A stretch of 63,917 nt of DNA, counting the filler, from Basidiobolus ranarum (lineage: Eukaryota): the NCBI GenBank assembly GCA_040143965.1. It is 53 parts of 53 records of this genome, joined end to end, with 100 filler letters (N's around TTAATTAATTAA, not from the genome) between each part and the next. Parts side by side here need not be neighbours in the genome. Positions count along the whole stretch, not along the records: positions 38,729 to 39,834 come from JASJQH010006400.1; positions 39,935 to 41,040 come from JASJQH010006401.1; positions 41,141 to 42,246 come from JASJQH010006402.1; positions 42,347 to 43,452 come from JASJQH010006403.1; positions 43,553 to 44,658 come from JASJQH010006404.1; positions 44,759 to 45,863 come from JASJQH010006405.1; positions 45,964 to 47,068 come from JASJQH010006406.1; positions 47,169 to 48,273 come from JASJQH010006407.1; 45 more parts are not named here. The stretch is one strand, 5' to 3'. Shown here piece after piece: positions 38,729 through 50,783 of this stretch. The translations under genes were made by a program, and so were the position numbers. Position 1 is the first letter of the stretch. Every line of letters starts with the position of its first letter. The notes under the pieces were generated by a model. The model saw only the letters and a list, made by a program, of their open reading frames with translations. It did not search any database and had not been told where the DNA came from.

Positions 38729-39834
38729 CAGTAATGGATGGCAATATTAGTTTATTATAAGCTGTTTCTAAACAACTTCACTAAACCAAGTTTGCCATTT
38801 GAAAATGTCTATGCCATTAAAAAGCATTCAAAATCCAAGTCAAAATTGGATTCCAAGCCAAAGTCTGCTGGCACAAAGGGAAAAAAACCAGTAAGAACAG
38901 AGGACTTAACTGATGAGCATCTAGCAATCCACTATCCACTTTGGAAGGCAGTAACATGCCAGAAACTAACTCAAGTAATGATGAAGCATTAATCCATTTA
39001 CCAGATGTGTTCCTTTCCAGCAAGAGTGAAAGTTGAGATTGTAATCCACCTGTTATGCAGTAAATCAATAGTTGAGCAAAGTTCAACCAAAACACTGTCA
39101 AGACCATCAACTTCCAAAATTGCTACATTGCTCACTATTGAACAACCCTCCATAGAGAATTTGGATAGACATATTACAATAAGGGAATTGCAGGCAGAAC
39201 ACCATAACAATTTGTATGCAATCATAAGTAAAAACTATGAAGTTGCTATCCCGGCCATGACAAGCAATAATGCTGTAATATTGCACTCAATGCAGCATTT
39301 AGAAGCAACTAGTCAACAGTTAGAGAGTCACTCAACAATGAAACAAGACCTTCAGAATGCTGTACTTGAGCTACAGCAACATGATGCTCTCTCCATCCAT
39401 TCTCATGGGGGATTTCAATCAATCCCACACCATACATATGAACATCACTGTGACAATCTAGCAGAGCAGAATATGTGTTGGGCCATTAAGCCTACACAAC
39501 AACCCAAAATTGCTTGGGCACATGAAAGTAAAAATATAATAGGAAAACCAGCAAACCAAAAGACTCTGAATGTCAGAGCTGCCATCACTTACTCTGATGA
39601 TGAGTGGTTTAACATTTTGGAAACTATGCAGAATCTTGCCTAAAATCACCTGGATTTCAGCCAATTGTGGAAAAACCAAAAACCAGGCATCACTCTGAAG
39701 ATTCTTGACTTATTTCATGTGGCTTATCCTGGGTTTTTGCAAGCAAATGGCAATTGGGCTAGTATAGGCCTATTCATGAAACATCTCAAAAATGTATGCA
39801 ATTATTGACTTGGAAAAGAAAGAAAAGCAGCTAA
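38729..39834 (+). mobile_element. Accessory (non-transposase) ORF of the CMC element, degenerate
   Basis: N-terminus KSKSK...GTKGKKP.RTEDL matches 60554-60722 (adjacent to the transposase start); YPGFLQANGNWA matches about 55360-55400 (on the left-end contig). Confidence 0.6.
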
Positions 39835-39934
39835 NNNNNNNNNNNNNNNNNNNNNNNNNNNNNNNNNNNNNNNNNNNNTTAATTAATTAANNNNNNNNNN
39901 NNNNNNNNNNNNNNNNNNNNNNNNNNNNNNNNNN

Positions 39935-41040
39935 GAAAGCACACCTCGACATCACCCACCTTCCTAAAGCTACCTCTGGATTCAAGTATATTGTTGATTG
40001 TAGAGACAACTTTTCAGGATGGGTAGAAGCAAGAATGCTCAGGAAGGCAACAGCTAAAGCAGTTGCTACTTTTCTAAAGGAAGATATTTTCCTTTGACAT
40101 GGATGCATTAAAGAAATCATATCTGACAATGGAGAATGTGGTTCCAAAGAAGTTGTAGAACTTGTTAACAATCATGGATGCAAGTTTATTCATACTACAC
40201 CATATCATCCTGAAGGTAATGCACCTGTGGAGCAAGGTCATCAAGCCCTACTCAACACACTAGCTAAAGGAGCTATCTCTAAGCCAGAAAAATGGCCTTC
40301 TTATTTCCATGCAGCTCTTTGGGCAGACAGAATAACTGTAAAGAGAAGCACTGGATATTCACCTTTCTACCTCATCTATGGACATGAAGCCATTCTTCCC
40401 ATTGACTCCATTTCTCAAAGCTGGTTTTATATTCAGTGGAAGCAGCCTATGACTACAGAAGAATAAGTAGCCCAAAGGGAGTCTGTAGCCCAAACATGTC
40501 TTTTGAGGTTTCATCAATAGGTATTTGGTCATATCCTGAGTATAGGTCATATGTTAAGTACATGGAAGCACCTGCAAAGCTCTCTGCAAACTCATCAATT
40601 GAAGGAGGTACTGCAGCATCCCAGATTGCTACCATGTTGGCTGGCTGCATGTCTTGTATGAATCTCAGTTTGGCATTCTTCTTCTTTGTGACAAACCAGC
40701 GGTTGGCATAGGGTCCATAGCAAGGTTCTAGGATTCCAGCTGTAATCTTACTCTTAAGTAGTGCATGCACATCAGGTTGCAGGCCTCTTGGTAGTGGGTA
40801 AGGTTTATATGACCATGGTGTGTGTTCTACGGTGTGAATTTTTATTGGTTTCTCAATTGAGGGCAGTAGCAGTCCCAATTCCTGGTCATTGTATGCAAAG
40901 ACTTGGTCATGTCTAACAATCATATCTCTGAATAGTTTAACTTCCTGAGGGCTGAGGTTGCTATTGCCAATCTTGATAGTAGCTAGTCTCTCTGGAGTTA
41001 GTCTGACACTAGTGTTGTTTTCTTGTGGCTCCCTTTCTAG
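39935..41040. mobile_element. Third Gypsy family: integrase (+, to about 40468) joined head-on to RT (-)
   Basis: SGWVEAR, SDNG, TTPYHPEGNA, ALWADR; RT motifs PYANRWFVTKK...YDLYSGYDQI...QTPFG. Confidence 0.85.
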
Positions 41041-41140
41041 NNNNNNNNNNNNNNNNNNNNNNNNNNNNNNNNNNNNNNNNNNNNTTAATTAATTAANNNN
41101 NNNNNNNNNNNNNNNNNNNNNNNNNNNNNNNNNNNNNNNN

Positions 41141-42246
41141 AGCAGGGTGTGATGATTATCATCTTTGGTTGTGCTAAAATACTGAAGATTCTTGTGATCA
41201 CAATAAACTGTGGTTTTGTGATTTGCTCGATCTAAGTATTCTTGCCATTGTTCAAATGCAGCAATGATTGCTATTAGTTCCTTGTCATAGATGTCATAGT
41301 TGATTTCTGTGGCAGAGAGCTTTCATGAGTAAAAGGCAACAGGGCACAGTAGGTTATCATCATCAAACTGTGATAATACTGCTCCTAGAGCAAAGTCAGA
41401 TGCATCAGTTTCAACAATGAATGGCTTGTCTAGCTTGGGATGTGGCAGGATTGGTGCTGAGGTAAAAGCACTCTTTAAAGTTATAAATGCTTGTTGGCAA
41501 GAAGGGTTCCAGTCAAATGGGAGTTCTTTTTTGGTGAGATTTGTTAATGGAGAAGATATTTTGGAGTAGTAGTTGACAAACTGTTTGTAAAAGTTTGCAG
41601 TGCCAACAAAATATTGGACATCCTTCAAATTCTTGGGAATATCCCCAGACAGAACAGATTCAACCTTCTTAAGGTCCATGGTGATGCCTGATGGGCTTAT
41701 GTTATATACAAGGAATTCAACTTGAGCTTGATCAAATTAACATTTCTCAAGTTCAGCATAGAGTCCAGAGGTTTTCTACTTTTCTAGGACTTGGGAAACA
41801 TGAATATTATGTTCTTCTTGAGAGGTTGAGAAGACCAAGAAATTGTCAAGGTGGATTATCACAACTTGGTCAAGATACTCTCTGAAGATATCATTCATCA
41901 TGTGTTGAAAGACTGCAGGGGCATTGGCAAGTCCAAATGGCATGACAATGTATTCAAAATGTCCATAGCAAGTTTGAAAGGTAGTTTTCCATTGGTCTTC
42001 TGGTTTGATTCTGACAAGATTGTAAGCACCTCTTAAATCAATCTTTGTAAACACCTTGGCTGAAGCAAGCTGATCCATGAGTGAGTTGATTAATAGCAAG
42101 GGGTACCAATTTTTGACTGTAATGCTATTTAGGCCTCAATAATCAACACAGAGATGGAGGGATCCATCCTTTTTCTTAGCAAATAAGATTGGGAGCCAGC
42201 TGGGGACTTTGAATGTTGGATAAGTCCTTACTCCAGATTTTCTATA
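41141..42246 (-). mobile_element. Gypsy (Tf2-like) RT - RNase H
   Basis: [34 protein letters not shown] (YLDD decayed), ETDASDFALGAVL. Confidence 0.95.
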
Positions 42247-42346
42247 NNNNNNNNNNNNNNNNNNNNNNNNNNNNNNNNNNNNNNNNNNNNTTAATTAATT
42301 AANNNNNNNNNNNNNNNNNNNNNNNNNNNNNNNNNNNNNNNNNNNN

Positions 42347-43290
42347 ACAGCATGCATGATATCTTCCATTCTGGGGTCTGGCGTAGCCATAATACTTACT
42401 ATGCTGGGAGAGGGAAGGTATAAATACACAAGTTTCTGTAGGAATGATAAACACAAAGCAATGTCCAACTTTCTGTTGAAGAAATGATTGGCCCCTTAAC
42501 AAAAGAATATGCTGGTCAATGTCCTTTGATCCTGATCTAGTACTAGAGCTTCTTTCATCAAAAAAGACTGGAAACTCAACCAGTAGTGTCTTGACAAGGA
42601 TGCACTTAGAGCAATTCTCAAAAGGTGGAAGGTACCTTTGCCTTAGCAGGGAAGCCTTGGAAAGATGGGGAATAAAAGGGAAGCCAACCTTGGGGGGTTT
42701 CAAGGTTGGAGAGCAGGGATGGAGAGAAGTCTACAGGCAAGTGTAAGTAGTCCAATCAAACTGTCACAATAAGGAACTGGACAAGGACAGGAAACAGCAA
42801 CCAGAGGCTAGAAGGCAGGAGAGTACTTTGGTGTTGACCCCAAGACAAGACAAGACTAGATAGGGAAGATACTTAGGCAAGAATCTTTATTGATAACTGG
42901 CATTGATCAGACTGAGATCTGATCAAGGAATAAATGGGGCTTATATAGATATTGAGGGACAAAGATAATATATTGAATAGGGAATATACTGTGGCAAGTT
43001 CAAGTGTTGGTGTGTTGGGGACTAAAATAACTAATACAAAGAGGGATGATGTAAGGATGATCAGGTGACCTTCTATGGAAGGTCTTGGTGGAAATACAAT
43101 ACATGTTAGATGACAGGATTGGTTGGGCTTCCTGGAATGTACCAAAGAACATGACTTCCACATAAGGTAACCTGGATGAACTAACACCAGATTGCCAAAA
43201 AGAGATGGCATAGCACATATGATGTCATAATCTAATAATAGAAGAGTTCTATTAGCAGTGGATCAGTATGCCAAGATCAGAATCATGACA
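42347..43290 (-). mobile_element. Gypsy 5' LTR (family A, 43290-42762, 529 bp), self-priming PBS 42759-42749 and leader
   Basis: TGTCA...TGACA termini; TATATAA and AATAAA on the minus strand; the PBS is complementary to LTR 42903-42913. Confidence 0.75.
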
Positions 43291-43552
43291 ATTGTAAGGC
43301 GTTTCTAAGCAGTTTTGTTACACCAAGCTTACCATCTGAAAGTTTCAATGCTATTCAAAAAGTATTCAAAATCTAAATCAAAATCAGCTTCCAAGCCAAA
43401 GCCTGCTGGTACAAAAGAAAAAAAACCAGCAAGAACAGAGGCCCTAATTGATNNNNNNNNNNNNNNNNNNNNNNNNNNNNNNNNNNNNNNNNNNNNTTAA
43501 TTAATTAANNNNNNNNNNNNNNNNNNNNNNNNNNNNNNNNNNNNNNNNNNNN

Positions 43553-43750
43553 TCAATATTTTGAAAAATTCAGGAGTTACTGTAATAAGATATAATAGAT
43601 AAGTGAGGTTAATAAGAGACACTTGTTATATAGATATAGAGATATTCCTATTTAGAATATAGGGGCTATAGATACATTGCTTTCTGCTTCTGATATATTT
43701 ATCATAACTAAAGTTAACTATGATGTTGAATAAAGATTAATTAACCAACA
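43553..43750 (-). repeat. LTR family B inserted at the end of Copia gag
   Basis: Matches about 47690-47881. Confidence 0.8.
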
Positions 43751-44658
43751 GCTTCTCTTGCAATTCTTTTAAAGCAATCTTTGCTTAAATGGCCAGTTCT
43801 TTTACAGTAATCAGAGAATGTGTCACTTTTCTTCTGAAAGTGCTTTTGATCTTTATAGGAAGGTTTCCCATAGCCTGTTAAAGCATTTTCTGCATTCTTT
43901 TGGTTGGATACTGATTTGCATAAATCTTCATCCAGAAGTCTGCCAAATACATAATTTAGGGTCAAATTTTCAGTTCTTGATTCTAGAGCCATTACTAGGC
44001 TCTGACACTTGTGTGGCAGGCTATTCAGAACTGTAACTATGATATCTTGATCAGTAGTAGGCACTCCAATGCATTCCATCTCATCCACTACAATAGTGAC
44101 TCTATTAATTAGTGATTTAATGTCTTCTCCTTGCTCCATCTTTAAGTTAAAGAATAATCTTCTTAGAAATATCTTGTTGGCAGCAGACCTTGTTTGGTAG
44201 GTGTCTTCCAAGGCTTTCTGTACCTTCTTGGCAGTTTTAGCTCTTGAACATTGAATTAGCAGTTTGTCTTTAACATTAAGACAAATTGTGTTAATGGCAC
44301 TTTGTTCCTTTTGAACTTGGAGTACAATTTTGGTTTCAGATAGTTTTGCATTGTTTTCTTCTTGTACAACAGTGTCCCAAAGTTTTTTTTTTTGAAGCAG
44401 CACTTTCATTTTAATTTTCCAAACTTGATAATTGGTTCCATCCAATTTTTCAGAAGAGTGAAAAGTTCCATAAATTTGAGAAGTAGACATTCCAGAGAGT
44501 GCAAGCTTGAGGCTCATAACCTGTTAAAGTATTTGGGAGCCTGTTGGAAGTGGTTTGAAGAATTAGAGGAACTGGTGGTTTTCACTTATTGATTTATTGA
44601 GTAGAAAGTTGACATTTATAGTTATGTAATGATTTAAATAGACTATTGTGTATAATGT
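43751..44658 (-). mobile_element. Copia family D 5' end: LTR (to 44522), PBS GGTTATGAGCC, gag ORF from 44517
   Basis: KLDGTNYQVWKIKM...LW, UBN2 gag, (C)DYCKRTGHLSKDC knuckle. Confidence 0.9.
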
Positions 44659-44758
44659 NNNNNNNNNNNNNNNNNNNNNNNNNNNNNNNNNNNNNNNNNN
44701 NNTTAATTAATTAANNNNNNNNNNNNNNNNNNNNNNNNNNNNNNNNNNNNNNNNNNNN

Positions 44759-45006
44759 GTGTTCCCCTACTGAGACAGAAGTTCATCACCATTACGCGTA
44801 AGCATTATAACCTCAATACTGCTCAAGCTAGTAAAAGGAAATCAGCTAGAGTTAAATATCAAGATGGCCCCAGTGCTGAAATCGAAGGAGAGCAAGTAGC
44901 ATCAGTATATAGCAAGCAACGTGGCGGGGAGCATCGTGTCAACCCAATGATCGATCAGGGACATTTCAGCGAAATAATGCCCAGCACTCATGGCGAAACC
45001 ATGTAG
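44759..45006 (+). CDS. C-terminal part of a small secreted orphan protein (upstream tandem copy)
   Basis: VPLLRQKFITITRKHY...HGETM*; shares PLLRQKFITIT with the ORF at 45638. Confidence 0.6.
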
Positions 45007-45637
45007 TCTTGGCAATATGATTCATCCAAGCACTGCTACAGAATAATTTTCATTCTAAAGCAATAAATGTTCTCCTTAGGAAATAAACAATTCAAAAATA
45101 TTGCTGTAACAATTGCAAACTAGAACTATAATGCTTCGGAATAGTTTTGATATGATGTATTTGGGTTTCATGACAACGCTAAATGCTCACAATGAAGAAA
45201 GTTGTATCAAAGATTGAATGTATCTGAGGTCGCCCTTGTATATATTACATAGTATATTGGATATTTCAACATGTTTCCCGCAAGTAACATCTAAAGTCCA
45301 CTAAGAGCCATTGACTTCACAGTAAGCATGCTATGATAACCACATGAGTGCTATGTTGTTGTTTATTTAGCGTAGCATTGATTTCAGATTACCACGGTAT
45401 AAATTGTGAATGTGAAGTTTGAATGAGTGATAGTAACTGATTGTTGTAACTAGATTGGTTTAATCAAATAAGAATTTTGGTCCCTCATTTCGGTGCTCGT
45501 AAGCTTATGTTATCATCTTTATATTAGAGTTTGGAAATTCCTGAGTAAAGTGCCAAATATTGGAATATAAATAACACTCCCTCCAGAAATTCTGAATTAC
45601 CAGTCTTAGCTCTCTCAGTATCAATATCTACTCAGCC

Positions 45638-45863
45638 ATGCAAATATTCCCCGCCCTCCTTGTTTCCTGTAGTGCTTTATTCCTAGTTGGGTCCAGTGTC
45701 CCAGTCGGTTACTATCCCTATAACAATAGCCCACAAATGTATTCTCGATACGTTGCTGTCCCATGCATGCAACAAGGATATATGTGTTACCAGATGATGC
45801 TACCAAAGGCGATTCCAGTTGCTCATGCTCCACTTCTGAGACAGAAGTTCATCACCATTACAC
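45638..45863 (+). CDS. N-terminal part of the small secreted orphan protein (downstream tandem copy)
   Basis: Signal-peptide-like MQIFPALLVSCSALFLVGSS; TATAAATA about 70 bp upstream. Confidence 0.65.
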
Positions 45864-46237
45864 NNNNNNNNNNNNNNNNNNNNNNNNNNNNNNNNNNNNN
45901 NNNNNNNTTAATTAATTAANNNNNNNNNNNNNNNNNNNNNNNNNNNNNNNNNNNNNNNNNNNNTCATGCCGGATAGTGCCCAATCATGCGAATTAGTGCT
46001 GGCACACTTTTTAGCTGGCCTGATCTGGCTCAATAAAATGGAACAAGTCTAATAGATTCAGGTCTCTGGAGAAAAGATTTTTTCTGATGAAAGAACTATC
46101 ATAAATCTTCATTATTACAAGGGTAAATAAAGCTCTGGTGGTTTCTCTAACTTGAATTCTGGAAAAAATGAAGTGGTTCTGTCAAAATTGGCAAAGACTT
46201 TGACTAATAGTAGAGTATATTCTATGGCTATAAAAGC

Positions 46238-47068
46238 TGTTGAAGTTTATAATCTTTATCATATTTGTTATATCTAACTTTATACACCAAATGTTTTCAT
46301 ATTTTGGATATAAGTTCTGTAACATTACTTAATCAAATATCACTTAACAGAAAATTGAAACTTATAATATATATATGTGAATAATATTAGAATTAGCATT
46401 TCCATATTGTGAGATTCAAACTCATCTAAATTGCCCCTAAGATAGCTCATTTTACTCCCATATATGTTCTGAACACAACCCCAGTGTTAGTTTTCTGTAC
46501 TCTTATCAAAATGTATATATGCTTTATTTTAGGACAATAAATAACTTTTTCCCAAAAGGCTATTCACAACTCCACTTGTCTAAAGTTCCTCCAAACAGCC
46601 CATATTTTCCCAATAGGTTATGAGGCCTATGTTCTAACCTTTAGAGCATGATAGAAGCCACCACTATCACTTTTGTTGACTCAAATAGAGAAAAATTTGA
46701 TGGTGAAAATTACAATTTTTGGAAGTTCAAGATGCAAATCATGCTGGAGCACAGAGAGCTTTGGGATGTAGTCTCTGGAGATGAAAAGGAACCTTCTGAC
46801 ACTTTTTTATTGGAAGCTTACAAGAGAAGAGATAAGAATGCCTTCAATGTCATTTGTCACAGTTTGAAGGATTCACAACTTGTTAACATTCAATATCCAA
46901 AGACTTCCCATAAAGCTTGACTATAATGGAAGAGTGTTATGAAGTAAAGAGTCTTGATAGTAGACTCTTTCTCAGACAAAAATTCTTCAATATAAAGATG
47001 GAAAAGTCTGAAAGCATGGTTACTCATATTGCAAATGTGAGATCTTTGGCAAAACAACTGGAAAATAT
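46238..47068 (+). mobile_element. Copia family C 5' end: LTR 46238-46615 (TGTTG...CAATA), PBS GGTTATGAG, gag from 46648
   Basis: EKFDGENYNFWKFKMQIMLEHRELWDVV gag N-terminus. Confidence 0.9.
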
Positions 47069-47168
47069 NNNNNNNNNNNNNNNNNNNNNNNNNNNNNNNN
47101 NNNNNNNNNNNNTTAATTAATTAANNNNNNNNNNNNNNNNNNNNNNNNNNNNNNNNNNNNNNNNNNNN

Positions 47169-47881
47169 ATTTTCTTTGTAGCATCATCAAGTGAGCAAGC
47201 CCTTTTTGCTCATGATGTTCTACTAGGATTTCCCATGCATTCTTGGCAGAGTCAGCATCTCTAACTAGCATAAGTTGTTGTCATCCAAGTCTTAGACATA
47301 TTTCCCTAAATGCCAATCTGTCTTTTTCTTTGAAGGCTGCCCTGGCTTCTTTACATGTTGGCTTCTTTGTTTCAGTGTCAGAATCTGTACTTTCTTCTTC
47401 AGAAGTTTCTTCTTCTTCATCTGGTTGAACTACTTCCCAGACATGTTTCCCTTCAAGCACAAGTTGCATCTTGAATTTCCATTCATGGAAATCTTCCCCA
47501 TTGAATGTTGGAATATTAGTAATCTCCTTTTGGGAAGAAGACTCTAATTCACTTGCTGCTACCATGTTGGAGGATCTTGACATAATGGGGGTAGACTTTG
47601 AGTATTAGAAGCAACTTATGATAGTGTGTTTTAGTTAGTTTATTCTTAAGAGTATATGGTGACTTATATAGTAGAAAAGTAAATCAATTGTTTGAGATAT
47701 TCAGGAGTTTGTGTAATAAGATATAATAGATAAGTGGGGGTAATAAGACATACTTGTTATATAGATATAGAGATATTCCTATTTAGAATATAGGGGCTAT
47801 AGATACGTTGCTTTCTGTTTCTGATATATGTATCATAACTAAAGTTAACTATGATGTTGAATAAAGATTAATTATCCAACA
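47169..47881 (-). mobile_element. Copia family B 5' end: LTR 47881-47565, PBS TGGTAGCAGC, gag start
   Basis: TGTTG...CAACA termini; FNGEDFHEWKFKMQLVLEGKHVWEVV. Confidence 0.85.
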
Positions 47882-48273
47882 CTTTTCTTGTAAGCTTTCA
47901 ATAAAGAAGGGTCAGAAGGTTCCTTTTCATCTCCAGAGACTACATCCCAAAGCTCCCTGTCTTCCAGCATGATTTGTATCTTGAACTTCCAGAAATTGTA
48001 ATATTCTCCATCAAGCTTTTCAACACTTGAGTTAATAAAAGTGGTAGTAGTGGTTTCTGTCATGCTGTAAAGGTTAGCACACGGGGCTCATAAACTATTG
48101 GGAAAATATGAGCTGTTTGGAGGAACTATAGAAAAGTGGAGTTGTGAATAGCTTTGTGAGATAATTGTTTATTGTCCAGAAATAAAGCATTTTTACTTTT
48201 TGGTAGAAATACAGAAAACTAACACTGGGGTTGTATTCCCAACATCTGTGGAAGTAAATGGAGAGATGTTTGG
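47882..48273 (-). mobile_element. Copia family C 5' end (LTR end 48096, PBS, gag), interrupted by family B
   Basis: CCCAATA GTTTATGAGCCCC; EKLDGEYYNFWKFKI. Confidence 0.85.
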
Positions 48274-48373
48274 NNNNNNNNNNNNNNNNNNNNNNNNNNN
48301 NNNNNNNNNNNNNNNNNTTAATTAATTAANNNNNNNNNNNNNNNNNNNNNNNNNNNNNNNNNNNNNNNNNNNN

Positions 48374-49478
48374 AGTGAGTACTTTGGTATTGGATCAATG
48401 ATCTCTATTTGGGTGATTTCATCAAAACTTTAAGATGGGGAATCAATGGTATGTAAACCAAATATGTTCAATATTTACCTGATTCAGTGATTGCCAATTG
48501 TGTGCAAACAGTACATGACTTTGAGTTTTTGAGATCACTGATGAAAGCCAAACAGCCATTTGGACAAGAAGGCAGTTTAATTACTGAAGGATTATAAGTC
48601 ATATGGTTGACAAGTGTTTGCCACTTGTAACAGGTCTGTGGCAAGCAACTGTAGCCAATCAACTGCGGTCAAAGTGTATGAGAACCAATAAACACCTGGT
48701 TACAAAGATTGGATTGAACTCTCCACACCTCAATAATCCAAGCTGCTTCCTTCACTATAAGTGTTATGAGTGGTCTAATGCTTGCCAATTGTGAAACATC
48801 TGTAACAAAACTAGTGTCTTCTTATTCAACTTCTGATATACTATCATCAGTACTGCAATAAACAAGGTCAACATCTAGCTGCAAGTCCTCACAGTTGTTT
48901 GTACATCATACTGGTAATATAACTGTGGTAACTCAATGGTCTCATGACTTTTGGCAGTGTTATTAAAACTCTGTGGCAAAGTACAGCCAGTGGACTCAGT
49001 AGGCAACACTAAAGTTGATTGTGTGCACTTATTACCCTAACAGAAATTTGAGGATTGCTATTGTAGGAAAACCTTCACATTTTTAATCCATTTGGGATTG
49101 ATCATTTACTTACCATCATAAAATTGTCAAGTTAGATTTGATTTTAATCAATTTTTTCAGTTTCAGGAGTGAAATTTCAAGACTTTGCAAAATAGTTGCG
49201 CATGATTGTCTATAATCTCAGAGCACTATGGATCAACACATGTGCAAAAAACATAACTCAAATTTGACACAATTACCACTTGAAAGCTAATATGTCACCT
49301 TTGAAATTCCTAGTCTCTTTGATGTATTCTCATGAATATATTTATAGAGCTCTTCATACCCAAGGTTTAGCTTATACCCAACACAACTTTGTATCAATAT
49401 TTCCATCAAATTCAACCATTGTATTAAAGTTGCTGAATCAACTTTCTTCCAGCTATCTGTCAGATACCCTGCAATATT
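48374..49478. mobile_element. CMC transposase N-terminus (-) abutting a CMC left end (+, from 49035)
   Basis: SCPNGC motif; CCCTAACAGAAATTTGAGG terminus. Confidence 0.75.
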
Positions 49479-49578
49479 NNNNNNNNNNNNNNNNNNNNNN
49501 NNNNNNNNNNNNNNNNNNNNNNTTAATTAATTAANNNNNNNNNNNNNNNNNNNNNNNNNNNNNNNNNNNNNNNNNNNN

Positions 49579-50683
49579 ATTTGTTGAGGAACACTGAGAA
49601 GTGTTAAGATCCTATATTTGTTGAGACACACACTAAACCAAAAGGTTCAGTTAGCTTTATTTATACTTTTTGATAGCAAAGTGAATTAGGCAGCACCAAG
49701 ATATGAGATGACTAATTCTGATAAGAGAAAATGTGATTGGATAGATAAATAGATAGATAAATGAGTCATGCATCAGCTGAAGTCCTGGCAGTGAAAGATC
49801 TTAGGTTATGAATCTTGTGACTCATATTGACTTATGTCTAGGCAGATGACTCAGAGATTAATATTGATTGGATAATGATCATGTGATTGGTAATATAATC
49901 TGATAGAGGAGATAAGAGAATAGATAGTTAGTCATGTGACAAGTCACTGGATAAAGTCACCAGATAAGGTCAGGTGACTAGTCAGCAATGATGATAAACT
50001 AATCAGATATTCATTCAAATTATATAGATATGGCATAAGTTTAAACAACATTATATGTTAATGCACAACAAGCACTCTAAGAAGAAGAATATTGCATTCT
50101 GTTTTTACCAAAAATTACTGGCCATATAAGCAAAGATTGCTTTAAAAGAATTACAAAACATGAGAAACATGTGGAATCTGCAAATGGGATTACAACAGAA
50201 GATCACTTGTTGATACCTGTTCTATCTATGTCCACCAACAAGGATTCTCAGATATGTTATAGTGATTCTGGAGCCTCCCAAAGTCTCACAAATGAAAAAC
50301 ATTGGTTTGTGGATGATGGGGAAGTCCCAATTAGCAAGGTTTTAATGTATATGACTATACATTAGATGCCATCAGAATGGTAGCAGTTTGGGTCAATTTA
50401 ACTGGAGCTTGTGAAGAAAAAGTGTGTACTTTTAAGGATGAATTTAATATCTGTATGCAGGGCCACCTCAGAAAGGCTAAAATTCAATTTTGATCAGTCA
50501 TAAGTTTACTGACTTAACTTAATGTTCTATAGAAGACATATTGCCTGATGTATTAACCAAACCATTAGCTACTGTTGAAGTTTATTGTCTTTATCATATT
50601 TTTTATCTCTATCTTTATACACCTAACTATTTCATATATCACATAAAAGTTAGTTAACATTACTTAGTCAAATATAACTTAGC
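49579..50683 (+). mobile_element. LTR family F (to 50050), Copia knuckle/protease remnant, LTR family C start (50573)
   Basis: YSDSGASQ; TGTTGAAGTTTATTG. Confidence 0.75.
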
Positions 50684-50783
50684 NNNNNNNNNNNNNNNNN
50701 NNNNNNNNNNNNNNNNNNNNNNNNNNNTTAATTAATTAANNNNNNNNNNNNNNNNNNNNNNNNNNNNNNNNNNNNNNNNNNNN

